NCBI GenBank assembly: GCA_963730185.1 | Contig: CAVSQW010000005.1 | Location: 1-64,000 of the forward strand | Direction of reading: 5' to 3' | Source of the DNA: an uncultured Gemmatimonadales bacterium | GTDB lineage: Bacteria > Gemmatimonadota > Gemmatimonadetes > Gemmatimonadales > GWC2-71-9 | Length of the DNA: 64,000 nucleotides | In this document: one piece after another, positions 1 through 9,980 of the stretch | Layout: every line of letters starts with the position of its first letter | Numbering within the stretch: position 1 is the stretch's first letter | Notes under the pieces: model-generated | Told to the model about the DNA's origin: nothing | Database searches by the model: none | What the model saw: the letters and a program-made list of their open reading frames with translations, nothing else | Translations under genes and position numbers: made by a program

Positions 1-1
1 A

Positions 2-223
2 CAGCGCATCGGTGACGGCCCGGCGATATGGATTTATTCGTCCGTCGATGTCGATTCCGATGTCAATGCGTCCAACTACTTCGATGACGGCAACGCTCTC
101 GGTATGCGGGTGGGCGATCTGGTGATCGTCTACGACACCACCACGCCGAAAACCTCGTTGTGTTACGTCTCCGTCTCTACGGACGGCGGCGCTGCAACCA
201 CGGCATTTGCCGCCGTCGCCTGA
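2..223 (+). CDS. Capsid decoration/cement-like protein, 3' part (runs off window start)
   Basis: Hand translation QRIGDGPAIWIYSSVDVDSDVNASNYFDDGNALGMRVGDLVIVYD...AAVA*; the W-x-Y..D...YF....MRVGD pattern and position before the tail genes fit podovirus decoration proteins; absent from the ORF track. Confidence 0.6.
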   Translation, partial: QRIGDGPAIWIYSSVDVDSDVNASNYFDDGNALGMRVGDLVIVYDTTTPKTSLCYVSVSTDGGAATTAFAAVA

Positions 224-249
224 TCTTTCCTGACTGTCAGGACAAACAC

Positions 250-275
250 GGGAACGTGGCTTCGGCTGCGTTCCC
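250..275 (+). terminator. Stem-loop after the head genes (terminator or mRNA-stabilising hairpin)
   Basis: GGGAACGTGGC-TTCG-GCTGCGTTCCC, 11-bp stem with a cUUCGg tetraloop; only a weak U-tail. Confidence 0.55.
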
Positions 276-296
276 ATTCGCATGGAGAAAGACCAC

Positions 297-779
297 ATGG
301 CACGACCCCGCAAGAATACACCGAAACTCGTCAAGACCCTGCTTGCCGGCCCCCGCTGGTTCCAGCAGGCCGAACAGGTCACAGCAAATTATGTTGCCCA
401 GATACCCGATGGCGATGAAATCGAAGACCTGATCAGGCCCGACTACTGGGCGCACCACGCCGCAAGGGTTCCTGCGCTGGCCATGATTACCTGTTTCGAT
501 GTCAAGCGCCGCTGGGAGGCCGTCTTGCGGGTGATCGAAAAGGGACCGACCTATCTGCGTGTCGTCCTGCTTTACTCCGTTGACTATGAGGTGGAGGTCC
601 GCAACACCGACGAGATCGACCGCATCAAGAAGCTCTATCGCATTGAATCGCAGGGCCAGAATGGTTGGCGGGTCATCGATCCCAACGGGCGTGAATTGGT
701 GGCGGGCCTGACGACCGAGGGTGACGCCAACGAGTTCGTTGACAAGTTGCTGGCGACAATGAACAGGGCTGCTGCCTGA
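297..779 (+). CDS. Phage hypothetical protein
   Basis: ORF with GGAG SD 5' of ATG 297, co-oriented with the virion operon. Confidence 0.75.
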   Translation: MARPRKNTPKLVKTLLAGPRWFQQAEQVTANYVAQIPDGDEIEDLIRPDYWAHHAARVPALAMITCFDVKRRWEAVLRVIEKGPTYLRVVLLYSVDYEVEVRNTDEIDRIKKLYRIESQGQNGWRVIDPNGRELVAGLTTEGDANEFVDKLLATMNRAAA

Positions 780-798
780 TCGGTCTGGAGGGTAGGTC

Positions 799-1447
799 AT
801 GAGCACCACCCAACTGCAAATCTACAAGCGCGCAATTCTGCTTTGCCGGCAGACGCCGATAACGGCCCTCACCGACACGGTGGAATCGCGCCGGCTCTGC
901 GATGTCCACTATGACGATACCCTTCAGTGCATCATGGAAGGCGGCTTCTGGACGTGCGCCCTGCGTACTATCGAGATGACGCTGGATACCGCCGTTGATG
1001 CTGCCTTCGGCTTTGACTATGCCCACACCATGCCGACTGATTTTGTCCGCTGGCAAATGGTTTCGGCCTATGATGCCTTGACCGATCAACTGGATGAGAT
1101 GGATGGCGGCAAGGCGTTTCGGATTGAGGGGGGCTACTTGTGGGCCACGACGACGCCGGTCTACATGCGCTATGTCTCCAACGATGCCGCCTATGGCCTT
1201 GATCTGACGAAATGGTCCGAACGCATGGCAGAAGCGGCATCGCTGGAACTGGCGGCGCGGATTTGTGCCAAGTTGTCCGGCTCCGACAGCATGGAGGACA
1301 GGTTGCGCGAACAAGCGGCCAGAGGCCATCGCCATGGCCAACACCTTTGATTCCCTGCAACAGCCGGCCAGCCGCACGCGCGAGGGCAACTGGACGCGCC
1401 ATCGTTTCGGTTCTCGCATCAATTCTACGCGCTACCAGTACGGCTAG
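799..1447 (+). CDS. Tail tubular protein A / head-tail adaptor (T7 gp11-like), one indel near 1320
   Basis: N-terminal 'QIYKRAILLC..TPITAL....RRLC...YDD' and 'FDYAHTMPTDFVR' motifs; continues in ORF 1265-1447. Confidence 0.8.
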
Positions 1448-1450
1448 GCG

Positions 1451-4193
1451 ATGCGCGAAAAGCCATATTTGTTTGCAGTAAACGGAGGTGAGGTATCGCC
1501 GCTGTCCATGGGGCGTGTTGACCTCGCCCGCATGAAACTGACAGCCGGGAGCATGCTGAACGTCATCCCGCGTGTTATCGGGCCTTTTCAGGCGCGACCG
1601 GGGCTGGCCTATCTTGGCACCACTGATGGCAATGGCGTTGCGCGCAACATCCCGTTTGTCTTTTCGGCCACTGATACCGCATTGGTGGAGTTGTCGGATG
1701 TCAAGTTGCGGGTGCGCGTGGATGGCACGCTGATCAGTCGCGCTTCTGTTTCAACCGCCGTCACGAACGGTGACTTTTCCTCGGCAACCGGCTGGACGCT
1801 GACGACAACCGGAACCGGCGTGGCCGATATCTACTACACGCATTCCGGCAAGCTGACGTTGCAGACGCCGGGGCGTGGCGACACTACGCTTGCAAAGCGG
1901 TCTGTCTCTGTGGCGGGCGGCGACCAGAATGTTGTTCATGCCCTCAATATCACGGTTGATACCGGGCCGGTGAAATTTCGTTGCGGGTCATCGTCAGGCG
2001 GTGAGGAATACATCGGGGAAACCGAACTCAACACCGGGTTTCATTCGCTCGCCTTCACGCCGACCGGCGGCACGTTCTATGTGCAGTTTTCAGTTGAATC
2101 CGAGGCGGAAAGGATTGTTGACAGCATCGTCGTCGCCTCGGCCGGCACCATGGAGATTGTGGCACCATGGGCCGAAGATGACCTGTTCACCTTGCGCTAT
2201 GCCCAATCCGGCGATGTCATGTATCTGGTTTCGTCGCTTGGCACCTATCATCCCAAGCGCATCGAGCGGCGCGCGGCGGAATCGTGGTCGCTGACTACCT
2301 ATGAGTTCAAGGACGGCCCGTTCCGCGGCAAATCTGCCGATGTCACACTGACGCCGAATGCAAGGACCGGCAATGGCACGCTGACCGCCTCGGCACCGTT
2401 CTTTGATGCTGGTCATGTTGGCGCAGTGTTTCGCCTGACCCATCGCCGCACCTCGGTTTCATCGGTGCTTACCGATGGCGACCGCTACACCGACAGTATG
2501 CGGGTATCGGGGAATGCCAAATATGACAATGATTCGGACGGCACCGATGAAAAGACTGACGAACGCGATGTCACCTTTACCATTTCCGGCACATGGGTTG
2601 GGACCATTTCGTTGCAAGTCAGCTATGATGATGGCGATACCTACCAGGAAACCGAGCAGTGGACAGCAAATATTGGCCCGATAACGCGAACGCCGGGTTA
2701 TGCCAATTCAGTTGCCTTTTCGCGCCTTGGCTTTCAGGCTGGTGATTACACATCTGGATCGGCCACGATTGCGGCGACTTATACCGGCGGTGGTGGCGAC
2801 GGCTATCTGCGGATAACCGGCGTCACAAACTCGACAACTGCCACCTACGAGGTGATTTCGCGCCTGCATGATGCTGCGGCGATCAATGACTGGGAAGAAG
2901 GGACATTTTCGACCTATCGTGGGTTTCCAACCGCCATCGGCCTGTTCGAGGGGCAGGCTGTGGTTCGGCAATTCCGACAAGGTATTCGGGTCGGTTTCCG
3001 ATGAATTTGCGTCCTTCGATCTCAATACCGAGGGTGATAGCGGTCCCATCATCCGCACCGTTACCACTGGTCCGGTCAATGCCGTTCGCTGGATTGTGGG
3101 GGCGGCGCGGGTCTGCTTTGGCACTTCGGGATCTGAGCCTGTCGGGCGCTCATCCAGTTTCGATGAACCGCTGACGCCGAAAAACTTTTCGCTCAAGGAT
3201 GTTTCCACTCAGGGCAGCGCTGACGTACAGGCGGTGAAGGTCGATACCTCGGCCATCTTTGTCCAGAGATCGGGGAAACGCGCCTACGAGCTTTTCTACT
3301 CGCTTGACAAGCAGGATTATACGTCATCGGACATGACCCGCTATCATCCGACCATTCTTGAAGTGCCGGGGTGAAAGTCATGGCGGTACAACGCCAGCCC
3401 GATACCCGCATCTGGTTCGTGCTGGATGACGGCACCGTGGCGGTGATTGTCTACCAGAAAGACGAGGATGTGTTGTCGTGGTATCGCATCGAGACGGATG
3501 GAACCGTTGAGGATGTCGCGGTGCTGCCGAACACCACCGACGATGATGTCTTTCTGGTGGTCAACCGCACCATCAACGGTTCGACCGTGCGCTATGTGGA
3601 AAAACTGGCCTATGACACGCAGGCCAATGGCGGCACCACCAACTACATGGCCGATGCTTATGTGCTGGTCAGCGTGGCCGCAACCGCTACCGTTTCGGGC
3701 CTCGATCATCTCGAAGGTGAGGATGTTATTGTCTGGAACCTGACGACCGGCGCAGCCTACATGACCGGCGATGCGCCGATCGACGTTTACCGTTACGAGC
3801 GGTGCCATAACCCTGCCGGCATCGACCACCGCCGATCTGTGTGTCGGTCTGGCCTACACATGGCAATGGCAATCATCCAAACTGGCCTATGGCGTACAGG
3901 ACGGGACGCCGATATCCCGCCGCAAACAGGTCCGCAACGTCTCGCCGCTGCTCTACAAGACGCATATCCGGGGCATCCAGTACGGGCAGGATTTTGTCAC
4001 CATGGATTACCTGCCGTTGATCAGCGCCAATACCGGGACCACGGAAGACACCAGCAAGGTCTACGACGCCTACGATCCCGACAGTCAGGTCATGCCTGGC
4101 GCGTGGGATACCGATGCACGGATTTGCCTTCAGGGAACGGCACCCCTGCCTTGTACGGTACTCGGCATCGCGCTCACGGTAGACGCAAACTGA
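1451..4193 (+). CDS. Tail tubular protein B / nozzle (T7 gp12-like), split by indels near 2955, 3365 and 3775
   Basis: 'NGGEVSP...GRVDL', 'YAQSGDVMYL', 'FP.AIG.F.GRLWF', 'FVQRSGKR', 'GLDHLEGEDV' and 'VGLAY' motifs across ORFs 1451-3004, 2868-3374, 3371-3780 and 3771-4193. Confidence 0.85.
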
Positions 4194-4567
4194 TGATCGT
4201 CCGCTCCGCCCGGCCCCGCGATGTGGTGCGCTTCTGCCGGGTTATCTGTCCACGCCATTTCATCGGTGTTGTGGCGGAAGAAGACGGCGAACTGCTTGGC
4301 GCCGGATGGGTGGTGTGGGGCGACAAGGGCAGGCCGTGGGTATGTCTTGAGGATGCCGGCGGCCTGACACGTCATCCCGTTGCCATCGGGCGCTGGTCGC
4401 GCCGGCTGGTGCGGGCGGCGCAACTGGTTTGTCATGAACTCTATGCCATTGAAGACATGGATGATTTGGGCTCATCCCGATGGCTGGAGTGGCTTGGATT
4501 CCTGCCCACGAACGAGATGTGCGGCGACAAAAGGGTATTGAAATGGCAGAAACACTCCTTGCATTGA
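4193..4567 (+). CDS. Internal virion protein A-like / GNAT-fold protein (T7 gp13-like)
   Basis: TGATG coupling at 4191-4195; 'SSRWLEWLGF' motif; canonical position after tail tube B. Confidence 0.75.
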   Translation: MIVRSARPRDVVRFCRVICPRHFIGVVAEEDGELLGAGWVVWGDKGRPWVCLEDAGGLTRHPVAIGRWSRRLVRAAQLVCHELYAIEDMDDLGSSRWLEWLGFLPTNEMCGDKRVLKWQKHSLH

Positions 4568-5022
4568 TGTCGTCTGTTGGCACCAGTGTCAGCACTGCGG
4601 CGGCCAGCATTACGCCCATGGAGGCCATCGGGGCGGGTGTCTCGACGATTGGCACGCTTTATTCTGGTGCCCAGCAGGCCGCCGCCAACAAGTTCGAGGC
4701 AAAGCAGTTGAAGCAGGAAGGCGATGCAAAGTTCGCTGCCTCGCAGGCCGAAGCCACCAAGCGCCGCCGCGAAGGTAAACTGGCGCAGTCGCGGGTGAGA
4801 GCCATTGCAGCCGCTTCGGGTGCGGGTGTTGCCACGCCAACCATCGACACCATCATGGCCGGCATCCAGACACAGAGCGACTACAATTCGCTGGTGGAAA
4901 TGTACCAGGGGACATCGCAGCGCAACAAGAACTACGCCTCGGCGGCATCGCTCAAGGCTGAAAATCCAATGGGGGCCGCCATCTTCAAGTCCATCGGCAA
5001 TCTCTATTCGAGGACTGGCTGA
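4543..5022 (+). CDS. Small ejection/internal virion protein (gp14-like)
   Basis: Ala/Gly-rich N-terminus, coiled coil and 'RAIAAASGAGV' motif; position. Confidence 0.7.
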   Translation: MAETLLALMSSVGTSVSTAAASITPMEAIGAGVSTIGTLYSGAQQAAANKFEAKQLKQEGDAKFAASQAEATKRRREGKLAQSRVRAIAAASGAGVATPTIDTIMAGIQTQSDYNSLVEMYQGTSQRNKNYASAASLKAENPMGAAIFKSIGNLYSRTG

Positions 5023-5024
5023 AC

Positions 5025-7767
5025 ATGCCGACTATGCCGACAAGAGATTCGCTGCCGAACCTGCGGACTCAGGTGCAGTCAGGCGTTGTGCGGGCACCGC
5101 GCGATTTCATTGGTCCGGCTCTTGAGCAGGTTGGTAGCCAGATCAGCCGGGCGGCGCAGATTCAAAAGCAGAAAACCGACGAACTCAGCCTTGCCACGGC
5201 GCGGGCCGATTTCCAGACCGGATTGATTGATCTCTCAGCGCAGGCCGACCCACACCAGAACCCGGACCAGAGCAAATGGAAGCCGACATTTGACTGCCAA
5301 TATGCCGCCGTCTCTCAAGCGGGCGCAAGGCAAGATACCGATCCGAACTTGCAGGCGCGGTTCTGAACAGGAAGTGCGTCCGACGATCGAATCCCATTCG
5401 GTGACTATCGGCAAGAAGGCGCAAGACCTCACTGATAGTGAGGCGGTCAAGGTCGGCTGATATGTCGCTTGAGCAGATGTTGAACAACGCCGCGGTGCCG
5501 GGCCAGACCGATGCACAGATTGCCGATACCCTTGCCACTATCGGTGCCACGCTGAAAGGGAATGGTGGACAGTGGCGCAATGACGCCGGAAGAAGCCGCC
5601 TCGGCGCGATCTAGAAATATCGCCAGCAATTCGCCAAGATCAAGGCGCAACAGGCGATCAAGAGCGATCCGGTGGCGGCAAAATCGGTGTTGTCGGGTGA
5701 AAAGGCCACGCCGACAACGCTGATCCGCCATTATGAGGGCTATCGTTCGGCTCCCTATTGGGACGGCGATGCCTGGCGCATCGGGTATGGCACCGACACG
5801 GTGACGACGGCGGACGGTCAGGTCATCAAGGTCAAGCCCGGCATGACCATCAGCCGCGCCGACGCTGAACGCGATCTGGCCCGCCGCACGGTCCAGTTTC
5901 AGAAGGTCATTATCGGGCAGGTGTCGCAAGGCACATGGAACGGGCTGGCCCCCAATGTGCAGGCCGGATTGACTTCGGTTGCCTATAACTACGGCTCCCT
6001 GCCGGCCGATGTGGCCGCTGCGGTGAAAACCGGCAATGTCGAAAAGATTGCCGCTGCCGTGGCAACCCACGCCACCGACAACGGTAGCCTGAGACAGCGC
6101 CGCAGGCTTGAGGAAGCCGCCATTATCGCCGGCAAGGACGGCAATATCTACTCCACCATGCAGACGGCCCCGGCATGGGCGAAAAATCTCAGTGCCAATG
6201 ACCGGATTGCGTTGCTGAACGGTGCCGATACAGCGATTACCCGCAGTGATACCCAGCAAGGTATCAACGAGCGGGAAATGCAGCGCCAGCAAGAGGCGAT
6301 GCAGTTCGACCAGTTGTTGCAATCCACGGCCATGATGCCGCCAACCGAGATTGCCAAGCTGCAACAGACATTGCAGGACGCGACCAAATCGCCTGTGGAC
6401 TATATCCAGCATGAGGCGCAGCTTCGCCAATTTGAAAAGGCCGTGGCGCAGCGCAACAAGCAGATTGCGGCCGACCCTGCCGGATTTGTCGCCACTCACG
6501 ACCAGACCACGCAGGAAGCCTTTACGGCTGCGGTGCAGGGCAACGACCCGGCGGCGATTGATCATTATGTCGCCACCGTGCAGGGGATGCAGACGCATCT
6601 CGGCATCCCGGCGCAAAATCAGAGGATATTGCCGCAAAGCGTTGCCGATCAGATTGTCAGCCAGTTCAGCGACCAATCGCAGCCGCAGAGTGGCCAGAAC
6701 TCAGCGCAAATGATGCAGCAATTGGCCCAGAAATGGGGTCCACACTGGCCGCAGGTATTCAATGAATTGGCAGGGAAAATCCCGGCAACGGCAATGGTTA
6801 TTGGAAACATGCATCATGCCGACCAGCGACTTGCAGCGGAACGGCTTGCGGTACTTTCAGAATCTCAAGAAGTCCGATCTTGAAGCGCAATTGACGCAGC
6901 CCGACAAGAAAGTCTCTGGATGGCGCCGTTGCCGGCCAGATGGGGCAATTCTCACAAGCCTTTGCCGCTCAGGGTGGTGCCGCGATGCAGATGCTGACCG
7001 CTTATCACGGGGCTGTGCATCTTCTGGCGCTGGATAACATGCTGCGTGGCGACAGTGCTTCAACGGCAGCCTCGAAAGCCTACAATGACGTGATCGGCAA
7101 GTCGTGGCATGTCGGCTCAACCTATGTCGTGCCGATCGACAACAACATGGCCAATGTCGAGGGCGGCTTGCGGGCCAACATGGCCGGGCTCGACAAGGCC
7201 AATATCGATGCGCCGGTTTCGCTCATGGGCTTGTCACCGCAGGATGCACAAAAGCAGGCCGTAAGGTCCGTCGTGGCGCATGGCATGTGGCTGAACAATC
7301 CCGATGGTTCCGGCCTTACATTGACCAATGAGCAAGGTGCTGCCGTCACTGTTGGTGGCAAGCCCTATACGAAGACATGGCAGGAGCTGGAGGACGCCGG
7401 CAAGAACGCACCGCCGCTGACGCCGCCGGGTTCTGGCTTGAAGCGCGAAGGGGCCATGGGCGAAAAGACGCCATCGATTGCCGCATTCCCGACGCTGACA
7501 CCGCAGGAAGTCCAAAAGCGTATGGGCATCCAGCCGCAGTTGCCTTCGGAGAAAACGCCGCCGACGCCACCGACGACTGAGCCGCCCGCGCCCGCGCCGC
7601 TTCCAAGAGCATCGGCCAGATCATCGGCACCGCTCATAAGCTCCGATAAACTCGCTCCTGTCATCAAGCAGTGGCGTGATAGCGGCGTTTCCGATCAGAA
7701 CATTCAGGAATCGCTGAAACAGAGCGGCTACACGCCGGCCCAGATCAAGAAGATGATGAGCCAGTAG
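5025..7767 (+). CDS. Ejection protein with an internal GH24 (T4-type) lysozyme domain, several indels
   Basis: Pieces 5025-5366, 5227-5460, 5672-6883 and 6940-7767; 'LIRHYEGYRSAPYWDGDAWRIGYGT...LTSVAYNYG...RRRLEEA' is a GH24 signature. Confidence 0.75.
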
Positions 7768-9734
7768 ATGCCCGGCATTTTTCCTCAAATCCCGCAACGG
7801 CAATCCTTCCTTGAGGATTACACAGCACCATTGGGCGATGTGGCATCGACCGCGGCGCAGGATGCCTTGCTGCACAGCCCGGTTTCGTCCATCTCGCGTA
7901 TGCTTGAATTGCAGGCGGCACAAGCGCCGACCTATCCGCGTGGTGTGGGCAGGACACCGGGCCAGCCGGTCTATTCCAGTGAGATGGTTCCGGCTCCCGT
8001 TGCCCGCCAACGCATCCAGAACGAGGGCGTCAAACTCGATGTGCCCGACGCTGGTATTCGTCAGGCCGCACTTGACATCCTGATCCAGCGCAAACAGGAC
8101 GAAATGCGGCGCGAGGATATCCTGAACCGTGCGCCTGGCGGCTTCCAGGCTGGTGCTGTCAAATTGGGTTCATCGCTTGCGGCTTCATTGCTCGATCCGC
8201 TCAATGTGGCATCGGCATTTGTCCCGGTAGTCGGTGAGGCCCGCTATGCGGCGATGCTGTCGAGGGCCGGAAGTGTTTTCGGCCAGCACGGCCGTCAGGG
8301 CTGGTGTTGGCGCCATCGAAGGTACCGCCGGTATGGCGATGGTTGAGCCGTTCGTTTACGCCGCGACACAGCAGGAACAGGCCGATTATACGCTGAACAA
8401 TGCCTTCATGGATGTGGCGTTTGGTTCCATCTTCGGCGGCGGCCTGCATGTGGCCTCGGGCAGTGTTGGCGAAATCCTTGCTCGCATGCACTCCAACACC
8501 GGCAAGCCTGATCTCGGTCAAATAGGCCAGATGATACAGGACGCGCCGTTCAAGGTGCGTGAGGATGCCATGCGGGCGGCGGTGGCGCAGGCTGTGGATG
8601 GGCGCAAGATTGATGTCACCCCGATCTGGGACACGCAGGGCGGCATTCAGGGCCGGTTCGGGACTGAGACGCGGATTGGCACCAATGAGTTTCAGCCGCA
8701 GGGCCGCATTGAGGTGTGGCATGGCTCGCCGCATGACTTTGCGCAGTTCGATGCTGGCAAGATCGGAACGGGCGAGGGGGCGCAGGCATACGGGCATGGG
8801 TATTTTGCAGCAGAGCGAACGGTAACCGCCAATCACCTATCGCACAGACCTATTGGGCACAGAAATAGAGTCCGAACCAACATTGCAAGTTATGGCGTGC
8901 CAATGCAGCATCGACTTGCAGGCGTTGACTGGAATTCAGATATGAGCCGCTGGAATCAGCATTGCGGAGGCAACGAGAGACTACCGGAAGCGATCAAGTC
9001 GCAAGGGACGGCATTCGGCAGAAACTAATGTTGCGCCATGACTCGAAAATTGAAACTGGATGGCGCGCACTTAATCACCCGGCAATCTCTACAAAGCCAC
9101 CATCCGCGCCAAGCCAGAGGACTTCCTGAATCTCGACAAGCCCGTTTCCGAAATGCCAAAAGCCATCAGGGACAAGATAACGAAAAATCCCGTTGTCGCT
9201 GATATGGTCAACAACGACACGCTGGCCAAAGCCTACACTGGCAATGATCTGATGGCAGCGCTGGAAGGGAAACTTGGCAGGCAGGAAGCAGCAAAATTGC
9301 TTGCGGATAGCGGCGTTCCGGGGCTTCGCTACCTCGATCAAGGTTCGCGCGGTGCAGGTGATGGCACTCACAACTACGTCGTCTTTGATCCATCGCTTCT
9401 GAACATCGTTTCCAAGAACGACCAGTTCGTCTCTGACAGCATCTCCGCCACGGTCCGCAAGCAGCTTTCACCGGAGAATTTCCGCCTTGCCGACCCGGAA
9501 GCCTCACGCGCCGCCGACTTGCAACTGTCCGAATATCCCAAGACAGACGCCATCGCCGCAGAACAGCAGTTTACCGAGGCGCAAACAGCCCTACAGGACG
9601 CGATGGCACAGATTGGCGACCAAACAGCCGTGGCGAGCGAAATGGCCAACCTTGACGCTATTACGGTCGAAGCCGATACTTACGCGCGGGCCGCAAAGGC
9701 CGCCGCAATCTGTCAGGGTGGTGGCAAGTTATGA
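7768..9734 (+). CDS. Ejection protein with an inserted ART-PolyVal (ADP-ribosyltransferase-like) domain; indels and garbled 8820-9070
   Basis: Pieces 7768-8346, 8234-9028 and 9153-9734; 'VWHGSPHDFAQFDAGKIGTGEGAQAYGHGYF', 'GNLYKATI....FLNLDKP' and 'GVPGLRYLDQGSR....HNYVVFD'. Confidence 0.75.
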
Positions 9735-9926
9735 TACAGGATCAGGTGGAGTTACAACGAATGCAGCAAAGGCAGCAATCAACGCGCCCCACAGCAAGGC
9801 GGGCAAGCTGTGAGTGAAGGCAAAAAGGAATGTCATGTGGGATTGGACAGAGTAAACGACGAAATTGGCTATCATGCCGCCTATGCCGCCGATCATCGCC
9901 CAACGCTTGATAATGGATTTGCGCAT
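9729..9926 (-). CDS. 65-aa two-TM membrane protein, antisense moron inside the virion operon
   Basis: GGAGG SD 5 nt before ATG 9926; two hydrophobic helices; AT-richer DNA; fills the gap between two ejection genes. Confidence 0.65.
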   Translation of the reverse strand: MRKSIIKRWAMIGGIGGMIANFVVYSVQSHMTFLFAFTHSLPALLWGALIAAFAAFVVTPPDPVS

Positions 9927-9980
9927 TTCATCCTCCATGGAATTTCGCTCGCAAGGCATATTTAGAACAGGACACACCTA

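Noticed and set aside
799..9734. Stop-codon reassignment (alternative genetic code) in the phage
   Set aside because: The genes continue in different frames rather than through in-frame stops, and TGA, TAA and TAG all end intact genes.
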